Positions 1-13,141 of a stretch of 64,000 nt of DNA are shown here, in pieces. Position 1 is the stretch's first letter, and each line of letters opens with the position of its first letter. Source of the stretch: Sphaerodactylus townsendi (lineage: Eukaryota); the NCBI RefSeq assembly GCF_021028975.2, contig NC_059435.1, forward strand, positions 61,752,001 through 61,816,000, written 5' to 3'. The translations under genes and the position numbers were made by a program. Under the pieces are notes generated by a model. That model did no database searches and was not told the DNA's origin. It worked only from the letters and a program-made list of their open reading frames with translations.

Positions 1-37
1 AGCAGGATTATGACAACATACACCTTTGAAGCTATAA

Positions 38-246
38 CACTGCAATCCTAAACTGTGGTGCCTTCTTCTAAACACGTTGATTTCCCTGGAAATAGAAAGG
101 TATAATTCTGCTTAGGGTTTCACAGTTAAGTGTGTTGTTGCAATAGTCTCCACACTGAAAGAAATCCTAAACAGGTCTATTCAGAATTAAGTCCCATTTT
201 ATTCAATGAGGCTAACACCAAGAAAAGTGTCCCTAGGATTGCAGCC
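38..246. mobile_element. Two degraded ~85-bp palindromic MITE-like elements (gcaatccta...taggattgc type)
   Basis: Inverted termini tgcaatccta...tagggtttcaca (38-125) and aatcctaa...taggattgcagc (161-246), resembling a common squamate short palindromic repeat. Confidence 0.45.
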
Positions 247-996
247 TAATTAAAGTAATATCTGCAAAATTGAAGGAAACATTCTTATAATGGTTGATTG
301 CAAGTATTCACAAAAGAAAAGGGGTTTTTTAAAGTGGTAAAACTCCTGTGAAAGAATGCTTGCACAATTTACATGTGTTCATACTCCCTCAGTCTGCTAA
401 GGACAGCTCCTTTTTTGGGGGGGGGTCCTCTTTTTGCATTTTGAGGATTCTTTTTCTCTGGAAGTTAGATCTCTGAAGCAAGAATGGATGCATCTTATCT
501 CTAACACATGGTTAATACATGTGCATGAATAAGTCACCATGTAATTGCACAGCCTGCCATTTCCCAAAGTCCGGTTTCTAAGGTACATAACAAGCTACAG
601 AGAGCATATTTTATGCTAGTTTCGTTTGTGATTTTATTATTGATGGAATTTTTTTTGTTTCCCGTTGATTCTAGGATCTTGTTGTTGTATTGTATTCATC
701 TTGTATTCATTGTATTCATCTTGCAACCAACCCAGAGAAAGTGTTTTAGAGATCAGCTCTGCACTAATTTCTGAATAAACATACACACTGTAGTGTAGGG
801 CATCTTTTCAACAATTCTTTTTCCTGGTAATTATTAGATTTTTCTAGCAATTATTTTAACCTAAAGATAATTATCAATCTCTAGGCTCTTAAATTCATGG
901 AAGACAAACTACGCCATGGATCACTGGATCTGTGTGGGCAAAAACCATGTGGACTAGGGCTGCAGTAAGAAAGGAGGCAAGTAAGTAACATATCTT

Positions 997-1228
997 TTGT
1001 GCCATCAAGTCACAGCTAACTTATGGTGACCCCGAAGTATTTGCAAGGCTAGTGTCACAACCCTGGCATTCCTTGGAGTTCTGCCATCTGCATACTCGCC
1101 AGAGTCAAGGTTGAGAGTGTGTGACAGGTCCGGTCACCCAGCAAGCTTCCATGCCGCAAGTAGAGATTCGAACCTGGTTTCCCCAGGTTCAAATTCAGCA
1201 CCTTAATCACTACGCCACACTGGCTCTC
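997..1228 (-). mobile_element. Composite SINE: tRNA head, 5S-like segment, Sauria/RTE-type tail
   Basis: Minus strand begins gagagccagtgtggcgtagtgatt (A box) and ggttcgaatc (B box); ends ccataagttagctgtgacttgatggcac. Confidence 0.75.
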
Positions 1229-1259
1229 ATTCACATGTAAGATAGGGCGGGGTTATAAA

Positions 1260-1620
1260 CAGAGGTGAGATCCAGCAGGTTCTCACAGGTTCCCGAGAGT
1301 AGGTTACTAATGATTTGTGTGTGCCGAGAGGGGGTTACTAATTGGTGATTTTGCCATGTGATTTTTGCCTTAGTTACGCCCCTCCTCTCAGCAGTAGCGT
1401 GCAGAACTTGAAGCCATCTAGCAGGAGGTGCACCGGCGTGCGTGGCAGCCTGCGCCTGCGTGATTCGTTTCCCATCCAAGGACCGGCGCAGAGGCTGCGT
1501 CCTTGCCCCAGCCCCGCCCAGGAATGCCCCGCCCCCAGAATGCCCGGCCATGCCCCCATCGTGCCCCGCCCAGCCCCATTGGCGCTACGCCACAGTTTGA
1601 ATCCCACCACCATGGGAACC
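1260..1620 (+). mobile_element. Non-autonomous hAT-like DNA transposon, 3' truncated
   Basis: Starts cagaggtgagatcc; shares ggttactaat and gaatcccacc blocks with the complete copies at 44414 and 45978. Confidence 0.7.
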
Positions 1621-2060
1621 AATATTATGAAATATGGGGTTTCACAAACATGTATGACAGGCCCCAGGACCCTGCAAACCCAATCTTTTTTTCTATCCTG
1701 CTGGGACTGCAAAATAGCAAAGTGGAAGGAGGTTGTGAGCTATGTTTGGCTTGACAGGTCTGAAGTTACACAGGCCAACAGTGAAGACCAAAAAAAATCC
1801 TGTTGGTACATTAGCAATGTTTAGGACAGCTAGCAGTTCACTAAATGCAACTACTGGCTAATGTCACACATATCCAAATTCTGGCATAAAGATATTGTTT
1901 CAAATATCTACTACTTTCTCACAGGCACTATCTTGTGCATATGGATCCAGGAATTGATGGCTTGTTCACATGCAAATATAGACAGGAATTTAGAACTGAG
2001 CCAAATCCCACCAGCTTTTCCACTTACTATGTAATTCTAAAGAGTCTGATTCCAGCTTAA

Positions 2061-2348
2061 GAGTCAGCGTGGTGTAGTGCTTAAGAGCAGGTGGACTCTA
2101 ATCTGGAGGAAAGGGTGTGATTCCCTACTCCTCCACATGAGGAGTCTTATCTGGTGAACCAGATTTGTTTCCCCACTCCTACACATTCCTGCTGTGTGGC
2201 TTCATGCTAGTCGCAGTTCTTCGGAACTCTCTCAGCCCCACCTTCATCACAAGGTGGCTGTCGTGGGGACAGGAAGGGAAGGGAGTTTTGTAAGCCCCTT
2301 AGAATCTCCTTTCAGGAGATAAAAGAGGGGGAAATAAATCTAAATCCA
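2061..2348 (+). mobile_element. Squam3-type tRNA-derived SINE
   Basis: gagtcagcgtggtgtagtgcttaagagc head; ctctctcagccccacc body; L2-like gtaagcccctt...aaataaatc end. Confidence 0.85.
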
Positions 2349-2388
2349 AAATTTTAAGCGCATTCATTTCAATATGCTCAGACGAGAG

Positions 2389-2526
2389 CACAGGTCTGAA
2401 AACTGTGGCTCTCCAGGTGTTCATGGACTACAATTCCCATCAGCCCTGCCACCTGGCCATGCTGGCAGGGGCTGATGGGAATTGTAGTCCATGAACATCT
2501 AGAGAGCCACAGTTTGCAGACTCCTG
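2389..2526. mobile_element. hAT (Charlie-like) palindromic MITE
   Basis: Near-palindrome around ggactacaattcccatc...gatgggaattgtagtcc; 8-bp TSD gacgagag/gactagag. Confidence 0.85.
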
Positions 2527-3454
2527 GACTAGAGTAGTGTTAATCTCACTTGCCTGTCTCCTTTAGGGCAGGCTCAATCCACATGGCTTTTGTCCACATG
2601 GGTTAAATGATTCATGGCCAGCGTTTTGGTGATCGAAAGAACTTCTCCTTTCTCTTCTATCAGTGGAAAAGCTGATATATCTGCCTGAACCAACCTCTAG
2701 GGAAAATAATTAGCAATACAATAGCAATACATCATTCAAGATTCTTTGTGACTGGAAGTGCTTCATTCTGAACTCCCCCCCCCCCAAAAAAAGACATTCA
2801 GTTATATGAATTACAAGGCCTCTACTCTACACTGGGCCCCCCTCCCCCTCCCGGTAAGTCTCAAATTAATTTTTATGGTTCCAAACTAAACAAGTTTTTA
2901 AAAAGTCAATAAAAAGCATCATTTTCTTCTTTAAAGAAGGAATGAAAAATATCCTGTCAATAGGGCCAAGTAGTAAAGAGCTTTATTCTGTATGGGACAA
3001 TAACTTACTACAGTAGAAAAATGCCCAGCAAGAGGAACACAGTACTTGAGATAATTAAAGTGCTTTAGACCACTAGCCAATTGATTTTCTCCTTGTAAAG
3101 GTAGCTCAATTGAAATGTTCAGAATAAATCATGTGTTAAAATTATCTTCTAAAGTAAGAGCTGAGTGCATATTGATTAATAATTATTTGCACTAACAGAC
3201 TCAACTAAGGCAATGCCATCAATTACTCTAAAAATCTGCAAGATCAATCACAATGGAATCAGAGTTAAAAGTTCCACTATATTTCTTCCTGGATTTCAGA
3301 CCAGCAATTCAAATTGACAGCCATTTATATCTGGAGCCCTGAAGGCACCCTCATGTCCTGATCCTGTGATGTCACTTGGGTGGACTGTTTCCCACCGAAG
3401 TCTTTAAGGCATATAACACAAACTGTCCACTGGAAACGACACTTCTGTAATATA

Positions 3455-3660
3455 ATTTCAGGTAGGTAGCTGGGTTGGCCGGTGGTGGCAGAATAAAATT
3501 AGAGACTTGTAGCACCTTACAGACCACCAAAATTCCCCATGCTCTCATGAGTCCAAGCTCACGACATCAGGTGCTAACAAAGTGATTTGTGAAAGCTTAC
3601 ACCCTGGAAAATACTGTCGGTCTCTGAGGAGATATTGGATTCTAATTCTGTTCTACTGTA
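3455..3660. mobile_element. Degraded Penelope-like (Neptune-type) retroelement fragment
   Basis: ggtagctgggttgg...gtagcaccttacagacc...gaaagcttacaccctgg...ggtctctgagg pattern typical of reptile PLE terminal fragments. Confidence 0.5.
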
Positions 3661-5276
3661 ATATAAATAGGTTACAAAATATCAGCCCAATTATGAACAC
3701 AATGTCTATGATAACCTATTGGGCAACTTCTCGTGAAACTATTGTCCAAACAGTAACACATCCATATCCCCTGCCCGAGCATATAAAACTATGCCACACT
3801 GATACCACTGGGAAAAAATTAGAACTTCCAGCTGATATGCACTGCAGAGCCGTTTACTGTTAACATGCACCAAGGAAAAGAGCTATATGTGCCAATTAAA
3901 CTCCCCACAGTTGCAACTGCACATACGCAAAGCACCATACTGTATAAATCCCAATGATTTCAATTAAAAAGATTTGTATGAAATGTGTTAGAACAGTGGG
4001 TCGGCTGAAATGTAATGGCAAACTACATTTTCCTTGGGATAACCACACTCCCTTCTCTCCTCTCCCATTCTCTCCTAGTGTGCAGCAATCTAATGCATTA
4101 TTTTTGCAATTGTGGCAAGCTATATTTTGCTGCTAAACCCAAACCAAAAGACTATGGCTTGCCATTTTCCTGCAAATCAGAATTCTAAAGACAAAACATG
4201 CTTGGAATCCTGGTTTGCACAGGAAAGTGCAAACCATGCACAGTTCAGGGGGTAGCAACCACTTGTTGTCAAACCAAATGCAATTTGGTACGGAACCAAA
4301 TATGGCCTTTTAAAAAATAAAATGAAATAATTATGTAAAAGTGTTGTGAGCAGAGCAAATAAATAATTGGGCAGAGATGCGAGTGAGTTGTTTTTGCAGA
4401 ACTTTACTAGATAACAAATGAATTTACACTAAATGTAGGGACAGCAAACTCTTTGCAAGTGCTCAAGTATCTGTACAGTCTATCTGTGCCTATATGTCTG
4501 CTTCTCTTCTTTTGCTGGAAGAAGAAAGGAGAGATCTTTCCAGAAGCTGATGTGATTCTAGGCATGTGACTTCCACAGTTAACTCTTGCTTAGCTGAATG
4601 AAGCAGACACTTGTAAAATCTCAACAAAAGGTCTATTGAAGGGGTAAGTGGGATGCTAGAATAAACAGTATGTGAACAGAATGGCAGGAAAGGATTGTAT
4701 GGGATTAAGTCTTCTTAGGGACCCTTTACTGAAAGAGGTGAGCAGTTGACAGTAATCCAAGTACAACCCATGCAAAGTTTGTGCAAGGTGCTCCTGTGCA
4801 TATTTATTAAAAGATCTGGCATGTGTCACTTCCCAGCACAAGACTTAGAGCAACCACAGTTTGGGCTCCAGAACTTTCTAAGCATTTTTAATCAACATGT
4901 TTACATCAATATGGTAAACCTGCACAGTCTCAGTTATGCAGATTGGCTTTCATATGCTGGTTCTTTGTTGATCTTGTGCACTGAATTCTGACAATGTTTT
5001 CCTCTTTAATTATAGACAGTTGCAAACCATAATCTAAGTTGGGGTTACATGAACATAGGAGAGCAGCCAAAGCTATAAGGATACTCCACAATCTAAACCA
5101 GGTTATACACACCAGATCAGACTGTTAAAATCACAGGAAGTCTATTTTGTTTTTGAATGTGAACAAAATTCAGCATAGAAGAGAAAACACAGGGAAGGGC
5201 ATTTTGGGCTGCAGACCAGAGAGGGAGGCCCAGGGATGTTCTGTCCATTGGAATCTTCAGTAGCTTCGAGTCTACT

Positions 5277-5593
5277 GAGAGCCACCGTGGTGTAGTGATT
5301 AAGAGCAGGTGGATTCTAATCTGGAGAACCGGGTTTGATTCCCTACTCCTCCACCTGAGTGGCAGAGGCTTATCTGGTGAACCAGACGTGTTTCTGCACT
5401 CCTACATTCCTGCTGGGTGACCTTGGGCTAGTCACAGTTCTCTCAGGACTCTCTCAGCTTCACCTACTTCACACAGCCTCACCTACTTCACAAGGTGTCT
5501 GTTGTGGGGAGAGGAAGGGAAAGTAAGTTTGTAAGCCACCTTGAGTCTCCTTACAGGAGAGAAAGGTGGGGTATAAATCCAAACTCTTCTTCT
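5277..5593 (+). mobile_element. Squam3-type SINE, full length
   Basis: A box tggtgtagtgatt, B box gggtttgattccc, (CTT)n tail. Confidence 0.9.
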
Positions 5594-5927
5594 TTGTTAT
5601 CCAGTTTACTGCATCTTAAGATACCTGGAAATGACACCTAGGAACATGAACATTTTTATAGCTCTGTGTAATTAAATATATGACAGTAGATTTCAGGAAT
5701 CTGTCATTCTTTCCCAGTTCAGAGGGACATCGTAATGCCAAAAGGCAGAAGAACAAGTGTTATTTTCCATTCTATCAACATATGGTCTAATTGAAAGGTG
5801 TGAGCAACTTGCTCTTTTAGGTTCATCACATTATATTTTCTCTATGCCTAACTTCATATTGTTCGATTTTAAGAGTTATCAAAACCCAAAATAGCACAGC
5901 TCTTTTGAAAGCTACTTGAGTATAATG

Positions 5928-6064
5928 CAGGGCCGGAGCATGGGGGAACTGTGCCCAGGGCATGTGTGCACCCTGTGCCCCTGCCACACCCCCGCACCGG
6001 CGTGTGCCCAGTGCATCGCGCGTGCACTCCCCCCCCCCCCCGCTCTCTTAGTGCTACACCACTG
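5928..6064 (+). mobile_element. Small GC-rich hAT-like MITE
   Basis: cagggccgg...gctacaccactg; same family as 55992-56121. Confidence 0.7.
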
Positions 6065-8439
6065 GGCTGAACCCAATTTGGGGAAGAGCCCTGTGCGAAG
6101 TTCTTCCTCAAAACAGGATATATGGCTTCCTCAGCCATTATACTTGGGCTGTGCGGAAATCACCACAGTCCTCCAATACAGAAGTAGACAGTTCCTAATT
6201 TGTTAAACTCTATGCCAATCATGCTACAGCAAAATAGGGTAAGAAATGCCATATTTCCATTTTAAGCCTTTGGGAACATACAGTAGACAGGGACAGAACA
6301 AGCAGAACTACAATTTGCACTTAAGTCCCCTTGATAACATTTCTGCCTTCCTTTAGGGGGTAGACGCAGCAGTTTCAGAACAAACCCCTAACCAATCGCA
6401 GTTAACAGATTAAATGCAACATCGCTTTGCTGAGAAAGCAAACACATACCAGGAAGGGGGGAAAAAACCATGTTGTTGTGCTTCACTGAATTCTATTCGT
6501 TGTAATAAGCCTTTTGCGGCTTCCTAAGATACCTATAGATGCTGGTACCATACATTCCAGACAACATTGTTCTGTCCACTATTTTAGAGCATTACCTCTC
6601 ATTATCAATCTCAAAAGTGTAAAAAACCCAGGACATGTTGGTGCTTAAGGCAGAAAATCCAATACACAAACCAATTTGATCTGTAGAAAGGAGCCGCTCT
6701 GTCTTCCAGCAGAGGAATCTTTGAGTTCTATCCATTCCTTGACACAGTTACCTTAATTAGAAGCACATTTCTCACACACTGTTTTAATTTTATGCATTTT
6801 TACACTTCTAAGCATCCTGCTACTGAAGACATGCTTATTTGCATCTTTCTCCACACGATTTGCAGAAAATGCGGAAAACACTTAAAAAGCAAAAAATAAT
6901 TGCAAATTCATTCACTTCCCCTCCCTCCATAAAATAGATGGGAGCTTGTGTGTATGTCCATAGTACGTCTTTGAGGATAAAAAATATATACATATCTCAG
7001 TTTTGCTAGCATGCTGTACTTACAAGTTGACTGTGAATAATATCAGCATCACAGAAACATTCCGAAAATTCTAGCACAATTCTTTTATAGTGTTGAATAA
7101 ACTAAAAAGTGTCACACTATCATCTGAAAACAGACAGCAAGTTTCAGCTTTCTATTAATGAAGGTATGCAGACATATTTCAAACAACCCAATTTAACACT
7201 TGCATTAGTACGGTTTATCTAAAACAAAAGCTATTAAGCCCACACATAGACACACACATTTAGGTCACTGATGGCAAACGCAGAAACTCTTTCCACTACA
7301 AATGAACTAACTGCAGGTATAAAAGTAATCACGGATGTTAGCATTCGCATGAAGCTAGCAAGTCATGGAACAGCTAACAAACTGCAGAGAGAACTGTATG
7401 GAAATGGATGCAATCTATGCAGAAAGGGGATGCAATGGGTTGAACAGTGTTACACTTGAAATACCTCCCTCAAAGCACTGCTTCTTGGGAAGAGAATGTT
7501 CACCACTAAAGCATGAAGCAGTAAGTGTTTTTTGGAAAAAATTATTCAGAGGATTAAAGGTTTCAGATGGCTGTTTCTAAGGCAGGATATTCATGATTTT
7601 TTTGTTGTTGCTCAAATATATTTGTTCTTTCAAGCATGCCTCTTCTGCTTAATATAGGCCATTATTCCACATTAAGATCACTGTGATCTCAGGCACGGTC
7701 TGGATCTGTCACCAGCCTTCTCTCTTGTCAACCAATTTTCCTAACAATTTGCTATTCCAGCTGAGACCTTCATTTTCTCCTTTTAAAGATTATCTTTTAA
7801 TTTTATTTGGCTTTCCACAGAACATTTGCTTCATTTCACCCAACGCGCTCTTTCTCTTCCCCAAATTGTCTCTCTCCCACATGACTCTGACTGCCATCTG
7901 ATAAAACTGGAGATCTGAATAATATAAAAGGGTAACTAGCCATGGAACCCAGTTCGTACTTCAGACTAAAGATTTTAAGGAGCAAATGAAATGTGTACGG
8001 TTCAGTATAAACTTTCCACTACCTCCCCCTGAAAAACTGGGAAGTTACCACCACAGAAAAACAGAACAGATGGCATAACAGAACAGAGTTTTCCTCATTT
8101 TTAACCACAAAGGGAAGTCCTTCAAAATAGCCACACAAAATGTTTTTCTGCAATGGATGTTTTCTCACGTTGGCCCTGATGATATTTTTAAACACCATAA
8201 TAGAATATGTGGTCCCTTCTATTTATTTACATGAGATTTCTTGAAAGCAAACAGTGTAGAGATGTAGAAGAGGATCAGAATTTCGTAAGCACAAAAAGGA
8301 AGGTTCAACCACAACTTCCCAGAAAGAATAGCCATTTGGCTATTTTGATGTACATCCTGTCTTCCTTCTATCACGTAAGGTGGCTTTCACTGAATTGCTG
8401 AGAAGTGTCCCATTCAGCCACTGACCATGACCCATATCT

Positions 8440-8760
8440 GGTCACCTTTAGCAGAACTGCTGTATCATGTGCCTTCATCAATTCCAAAAATGGGAACCAT
8501 TTTAGAAGGATCTCCAGAAGAGCTACTATTTTGTTTGCATGAAGTCCCAGCTTCCAGACCTGATATATCCAGTTAAAGAATCCCTGGTACATGGATTGGG
8601 AAAGTTCACAGAGTTTTTGGCAGTCAGAACAGATAATGTGCAGCTGACAGAGTACTTTCTTATGTTCAACACAAACTGTGAGCAATAAACATAACGTGAA
8701 ATGACTTCTTCCCAATGGAGTCTATCAAATGACATAAAAGATGACCAAAACAACTTTCTT
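8440..8760 (-). mobile_element. Highly degraded L1-like ORF2 C-terminal fragment
   Basis: Peptides HWEEV, VLTAK, NWIYQVWKL, KWFPFLE appear across frames in the order expected at the end of reptile L1 ORF2. Confidence 0.35.
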
Positions 8761-10051
8761 TAGTTAATGAGAAAAGAACATATGGTCTCACATTGTCACA
8801 AAATATATTATTCATTTATGGAATTTCAGAATCATTCAGCACAGATCTCCCTTTGTTTATATGCTGATGTAAACATACTACATTATCACGTGTTCTGTGG
8901 AATTATGCTTACTACCTTACAAAAAGTTGCTAGCTTTTCTCACATACAGTTTCCACCAGCATTTTGTCTTTGCCATGAACTTCACCAGCTAGTAAAGCCT
9001 CTGTACTTTGAGTCACACTTCAGATATAGCAACACCTTATTCAAATACTCAGTTCTCAACATGAACTGTACTACATAAATGATATTGGGTGTATCCTAAC
9101 CACCCTACTCAGACCTTCTCCTGAAGAATTATCTCTCCTACTAGAAGCAGGCACTTAGAAAAAATGGGAATGCTCTACACCTTGCTGAGCAACATGGTAG
9201 GCTACAACTTATCCATCATTATTGTCACCATCACAACCAACATGGTTTACTCTATAAATATGGAATGCATGTAATTTAGTGGAATGAAATGGAGAGCCAC
9301 CTGTCCGATGAAGAAACTTGCTCAAATACAAAAAAGCATTGTCTTACTACCCAAGAGCAAAGGACTGAATCCTCTGATGTCACCATATCACACATCTAAC
9401 TATGACCGATTACAGTTTAAGTTACTATAGATTTGTTCATCTTGAACATGTCACAACACACAAACAAGTAGAGTTCAAGTGCTCTGAGCCCATACGAACA
9501 AACAAACCTGAACCCTCTAGGAAATGCAATAAACTTTATTAGAACAAATTGTTCTATAACACAACAAAATGCAGTTCCAATCACATGCAGGTCAGGAATG
9601 CAAAATAACAAATTCTGGTGTGATACATTATGCAATGCAAATACATAAATCATCATCTATGGAATTGTAGTATTCAACTTAAGAAAAGAGAGTGGGAGAA
9701 CGCTATTGTCAGTCAACTTCAGCATTTCATGGGATGCTGAGCTCACTTTGTCCGCTCTCTCCAATCTTTAGAGTTGATTGGATATTGGATTAACATCCTA
9801 TTCTACATTCATATGTTTATTGGGCTTCGGGATATTAATCGGCAGCCATCTGTATTAGTTTTAAATGGTAATATAGAAGTGTTAGAGTTGGGGGGTTTTG
9901 CAGCATTTTATTTTTTATTGTATTGTTGTATTATTTTAGTCTTTAATGGTAAGCTGCCCTGAGCCCAGCCTTGGGCGGGAATTGGGCGGGATATAAATAT
10001 AATAAAATAAATAAATATAAATTAAAATAAGCTATAGGGCAAGACATCCTG

Positions 10052-10462
10052 ACTTGGATAGCCCAAGATAGCCAGAGTTTGGAAACTAAGCAGGGTTGGA
10101 GTGTTATGTGGTTTCCAGGCTGTATGGCCGTGTTCTAGTAGCATTTTCTCCTGACGTGTTGCCTGCATCTGTGGCTGGCATCCTCAGAGGATCCGAGCTG
10201 GCATCTTCAGAGGATGCCAGCAACATATTCAGGCAAAACGTCAGAAAATGCTACTAGAACACGGCCATACAGCCCGGAAACCCCAGTGATTCCGGCCGTG
10301 AAAGTCTTTGACGATACATTAAGCAGGGTTGTCCCTGGTTAGTATTTGGATGGGAGACTACCAAGGAATACCAGGGTCACTAATCAGAGGCAGGCAATGG
10401 CAAACCACCTCAGAATGTCTGCTTTCCTTGAAAACCCTATGGGGGTCAGTTGTAACTTGACA
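10052..10462 (+). mobile_element. 5S rRNA-derived SINE with RTE-type tail, interrupted by a Penelope fragment
   Basis: aactaagcagggt...cctggttagtatttggatgggagac matches the 5S rRNA internal promoter region; ggcaatggcaaaccacctc...ccttgaaaaccctat tail. Confidence 0.8.
10099..10319. mobile_element. Penelope (Poseidon-type) inverted terminal fragment
   Basis: Inverted halves ggctgtatggccgtgttctagtagcattttc / gaaaatgctactagaacacggccatacagcc; 12-bp direct repeat taagcagggttg on both flanks. Confidence 0.8.
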
Positions 10463-10959
10463 GGGAAAAAACAGGGCAGAAAAAAGTAGATACACAATTG
10501 AAGTGCTTTTAGTCCCTCCGATATATTTTTAACTTGCTTGCAAGGAGAAAGGCTACGGACGGCACACATAATTCCCTGCTTACTCTTGTACATTAAAAGA
10601 TAGTGCAAGACCATTAATTTTCATAATCATATTAAAGTATAGCAATAAAACTTTTTGTAGTGACTCAAGGGAAAAGTTGCTTAAGATGGTAAACTGTAAT
10701 TAAGCAAAACTATTGTACCTGCATCATTACAGCAAATGCCAAGAGTAATTTGAGTCTAGGGACAAGCTGGAGGAAGATGAGAAAAAAACCCAGACCACCA
10801 CACAATGTATTTGCATCATAAGCATTCTTTATCAACAATAGCCTAAGGCCAAATTAATTTAAACAGCAATAGTGTTTTCCCTGAACAGAAACCAACTAGC
10901 GCTTATGTCATTTTAATTCCCAAAAGAAAAGGACTCCTTCCTCCCAAATACCATGGATA

Positions 10960-11930
10960 AATACATATAAGTACCAGGTTTTAACCCTGGGCCTGGCAGA
11001 TGACAGTTCTGTCTTCAGAAAAGATTCTGTTTACCACCGCTGTAGGGCTAAATTGAGGGTGTCTCCAGCTAAGCTGTGATGGGATATCCCATAATCTTTA
11101 ATAATCTTTAAAAAACTGTTGGAAGTAATGAAAAGATAATATGAATGTGACCATTTTCTTCTTACCTAGGTTAACAAAACCATGAGTGGGTGAGAGGGAA
11201 GGAATGATTTATAGTGTGGAGATGGTGTGTGAGAAAGTTTCGACCCCGCCCCTTGTTCTAGCACCTGTATTTCCACTGTGGTTTTCAAATAAGACTGAAG
11301 ATGTCAGGGTGATCACTATCTTTAGCCTCTTATCGAGCTACATCGAGTTATGCTAACTTTCACAGTAGAGTGATTCAGACTATAAAGTTATGCTAACTTT
11401 TCATAGTAGAGTGATTCAGACAGACTCCAAATCCCTTCTTCATTTGTGTATTCAGAGACTGAGCAAGAAAGAAAATAGCCAGAGTGCATTTTTTTCAAAT
11501 TTCAGGATTTTAAAAGGAAGTAGATAAAAGAGTGCTTGTCATGCCCTCAGAGAAGCTCTTAGTATTTCTTATTAAGTCTCAGTTGTTCCTTTAGTTACAA
11601 TGGGTTTAGTTCTTTTTGTATATTATTCTATGGGAGGGAACCTTAGTTAGACCCTGTCCCTTTAAGTAGCCCCCTAGAGGCAACACCTTACAGTCTTCCT
11701 TTCTATTATCCAGTAGTGCTCCTGTTCAGTTAGTTATACTCTAAGGTGCCAGTGGAGTTGGAAGGCTGTAATGTCTCTTATGTCTAAGGTGTATAAAGTA
11801 TATAGACCATTAAGTTAAGGTGTTAACAGAAAGCGAGGTCCAGAAGTCTCTAGCTTCTTATCTCACAGAGATATCAAGAAAAAGGCATATCTCCACGAGG
11901 TAAATATCTAGAGACTCACTTTTAAAAATG
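10960..11930 (+). mobile_element. Very degraded DIRS-like (tyrosine recombinase) retrotransposon
   Basis: Eroded peptides in DIRS order: VLAPVFPLWFS (cf. ILVAPWWPRRPWF), PDSKSLLHL-like, WEGTLVRPCPF (cf. WDLNLVL..PPFEPL), TVFLSII (cf. KTVFLLAITSARR), KVP. Confidence 0.4.
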
Positions 11931-13012
11931 AAAGCTGGGAATTCAGAGAACCTGCTTAAACTATGACTGTAACAACACAGCATTATACTGTCGTTTCAGG
12001 ATCTTAAAAAAAAAACAAAGGGGATGCTTTGACACCACAGATAACGACAGCACCTTCCCTTGAAAATTCTCATTATTTATACCACACAGAGAAGAAAATA
12101 AACTGATTCCTCAACTGTAACAATGCTCAGTGGGGGACATGAATAGAAACCTTGCCCAAACCAATTCCAATGCTTGTGGATCGACTACCAAGACAATCCA
12201 GTGTGCGGAAAAGGTCTCAGACATAATCATTCATGTCTTTAGACTATCTGCCCATAATGTCCCACAATGTAAAACAAACCAGCTTGTATAACATTGAACA
12301 TGAAGTTAAATGCACTTGTAAAACCCTAGAGAATATGGTAATACAGTGTCTAATCTCCTCATATTAACCAACAAGGTACTTCCATTGTACAGCTGGTATT
12401 GATTTCTGAAGGCCTATTTTGCCATTTATAAAGAATTGTCATGAAATTTTAAATGTGCAGTCATTTGTTATTGCTTGCTGAGCCACCAATAGCACGTTTG
12501 GCACTGTATACCCTGCAGAGGACATTTACATGCACTTAAATACTTATGCCTAGCATTAGTATGCGATTACTATGATTAATCTTAGTATCCAAGTAAAATA
12601 TTGTCTGGACATGGCCTATTACCACTCCTTTTTGGAAGGCTGCCGTGGGATCTTTGGCTTCCATTTCAACCAGCATTAGCAAAAGCAGAAGGGTTTTAAA
12701 TTAATATTTTACAACTAACCTTTCAGCAAATGCTACAGAAGCCATGCCAGTAACTGGGTACATTTAAAATCTGTGACTTGAATACCAGTTGAGCACAGGT
12801 ACTTTACTTTATGCTTTATACAGAGCCACCATGTTCACACTGGCTCAGGGACATTATGGTCTCTACTGAAAGAGCATGTGTGTTGGGGTGAATACAGACA
12901 AGGGAAGATTTTATTTAAGAAAATGGAAACGTCTTGCCATTTGTGAGCAGAAAGGCTGATATATTAGGAACAACTGGCCACCCGATACTTGATAGAGATG
13001 GCAGATCAAAGC

Positions 13013-13141
13013 CAGAGGCGTAACTCCAAGGGGATCGGGGGGTGCGTGATGCACCGGGAGCATGCCCCTGTGGGGGTGTGGCGAGGGTGGGGGCGTTCCG
13101 AGGCAGAGGAGTGGGTGCTTTTCCCCCTTGCTACGCCTCTG
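13013..13141. mobile_element. hAT MITE
   Basis: TIR cagaggcgta/tacgcctctg; perfect 8-bp TSD atcaaagc. Confidence 0.9.

Noticed and set aside
1231-1824. Overlapping 83-160 aa ORFs
   Set aside because: Lie in a GC-rich non-autonomous hAT element; no protein motifs
7024-7123. Minus-strand exon-like segment (ttttcag|...|gtaagt)
   Set aside because: Stop codons in all three frames
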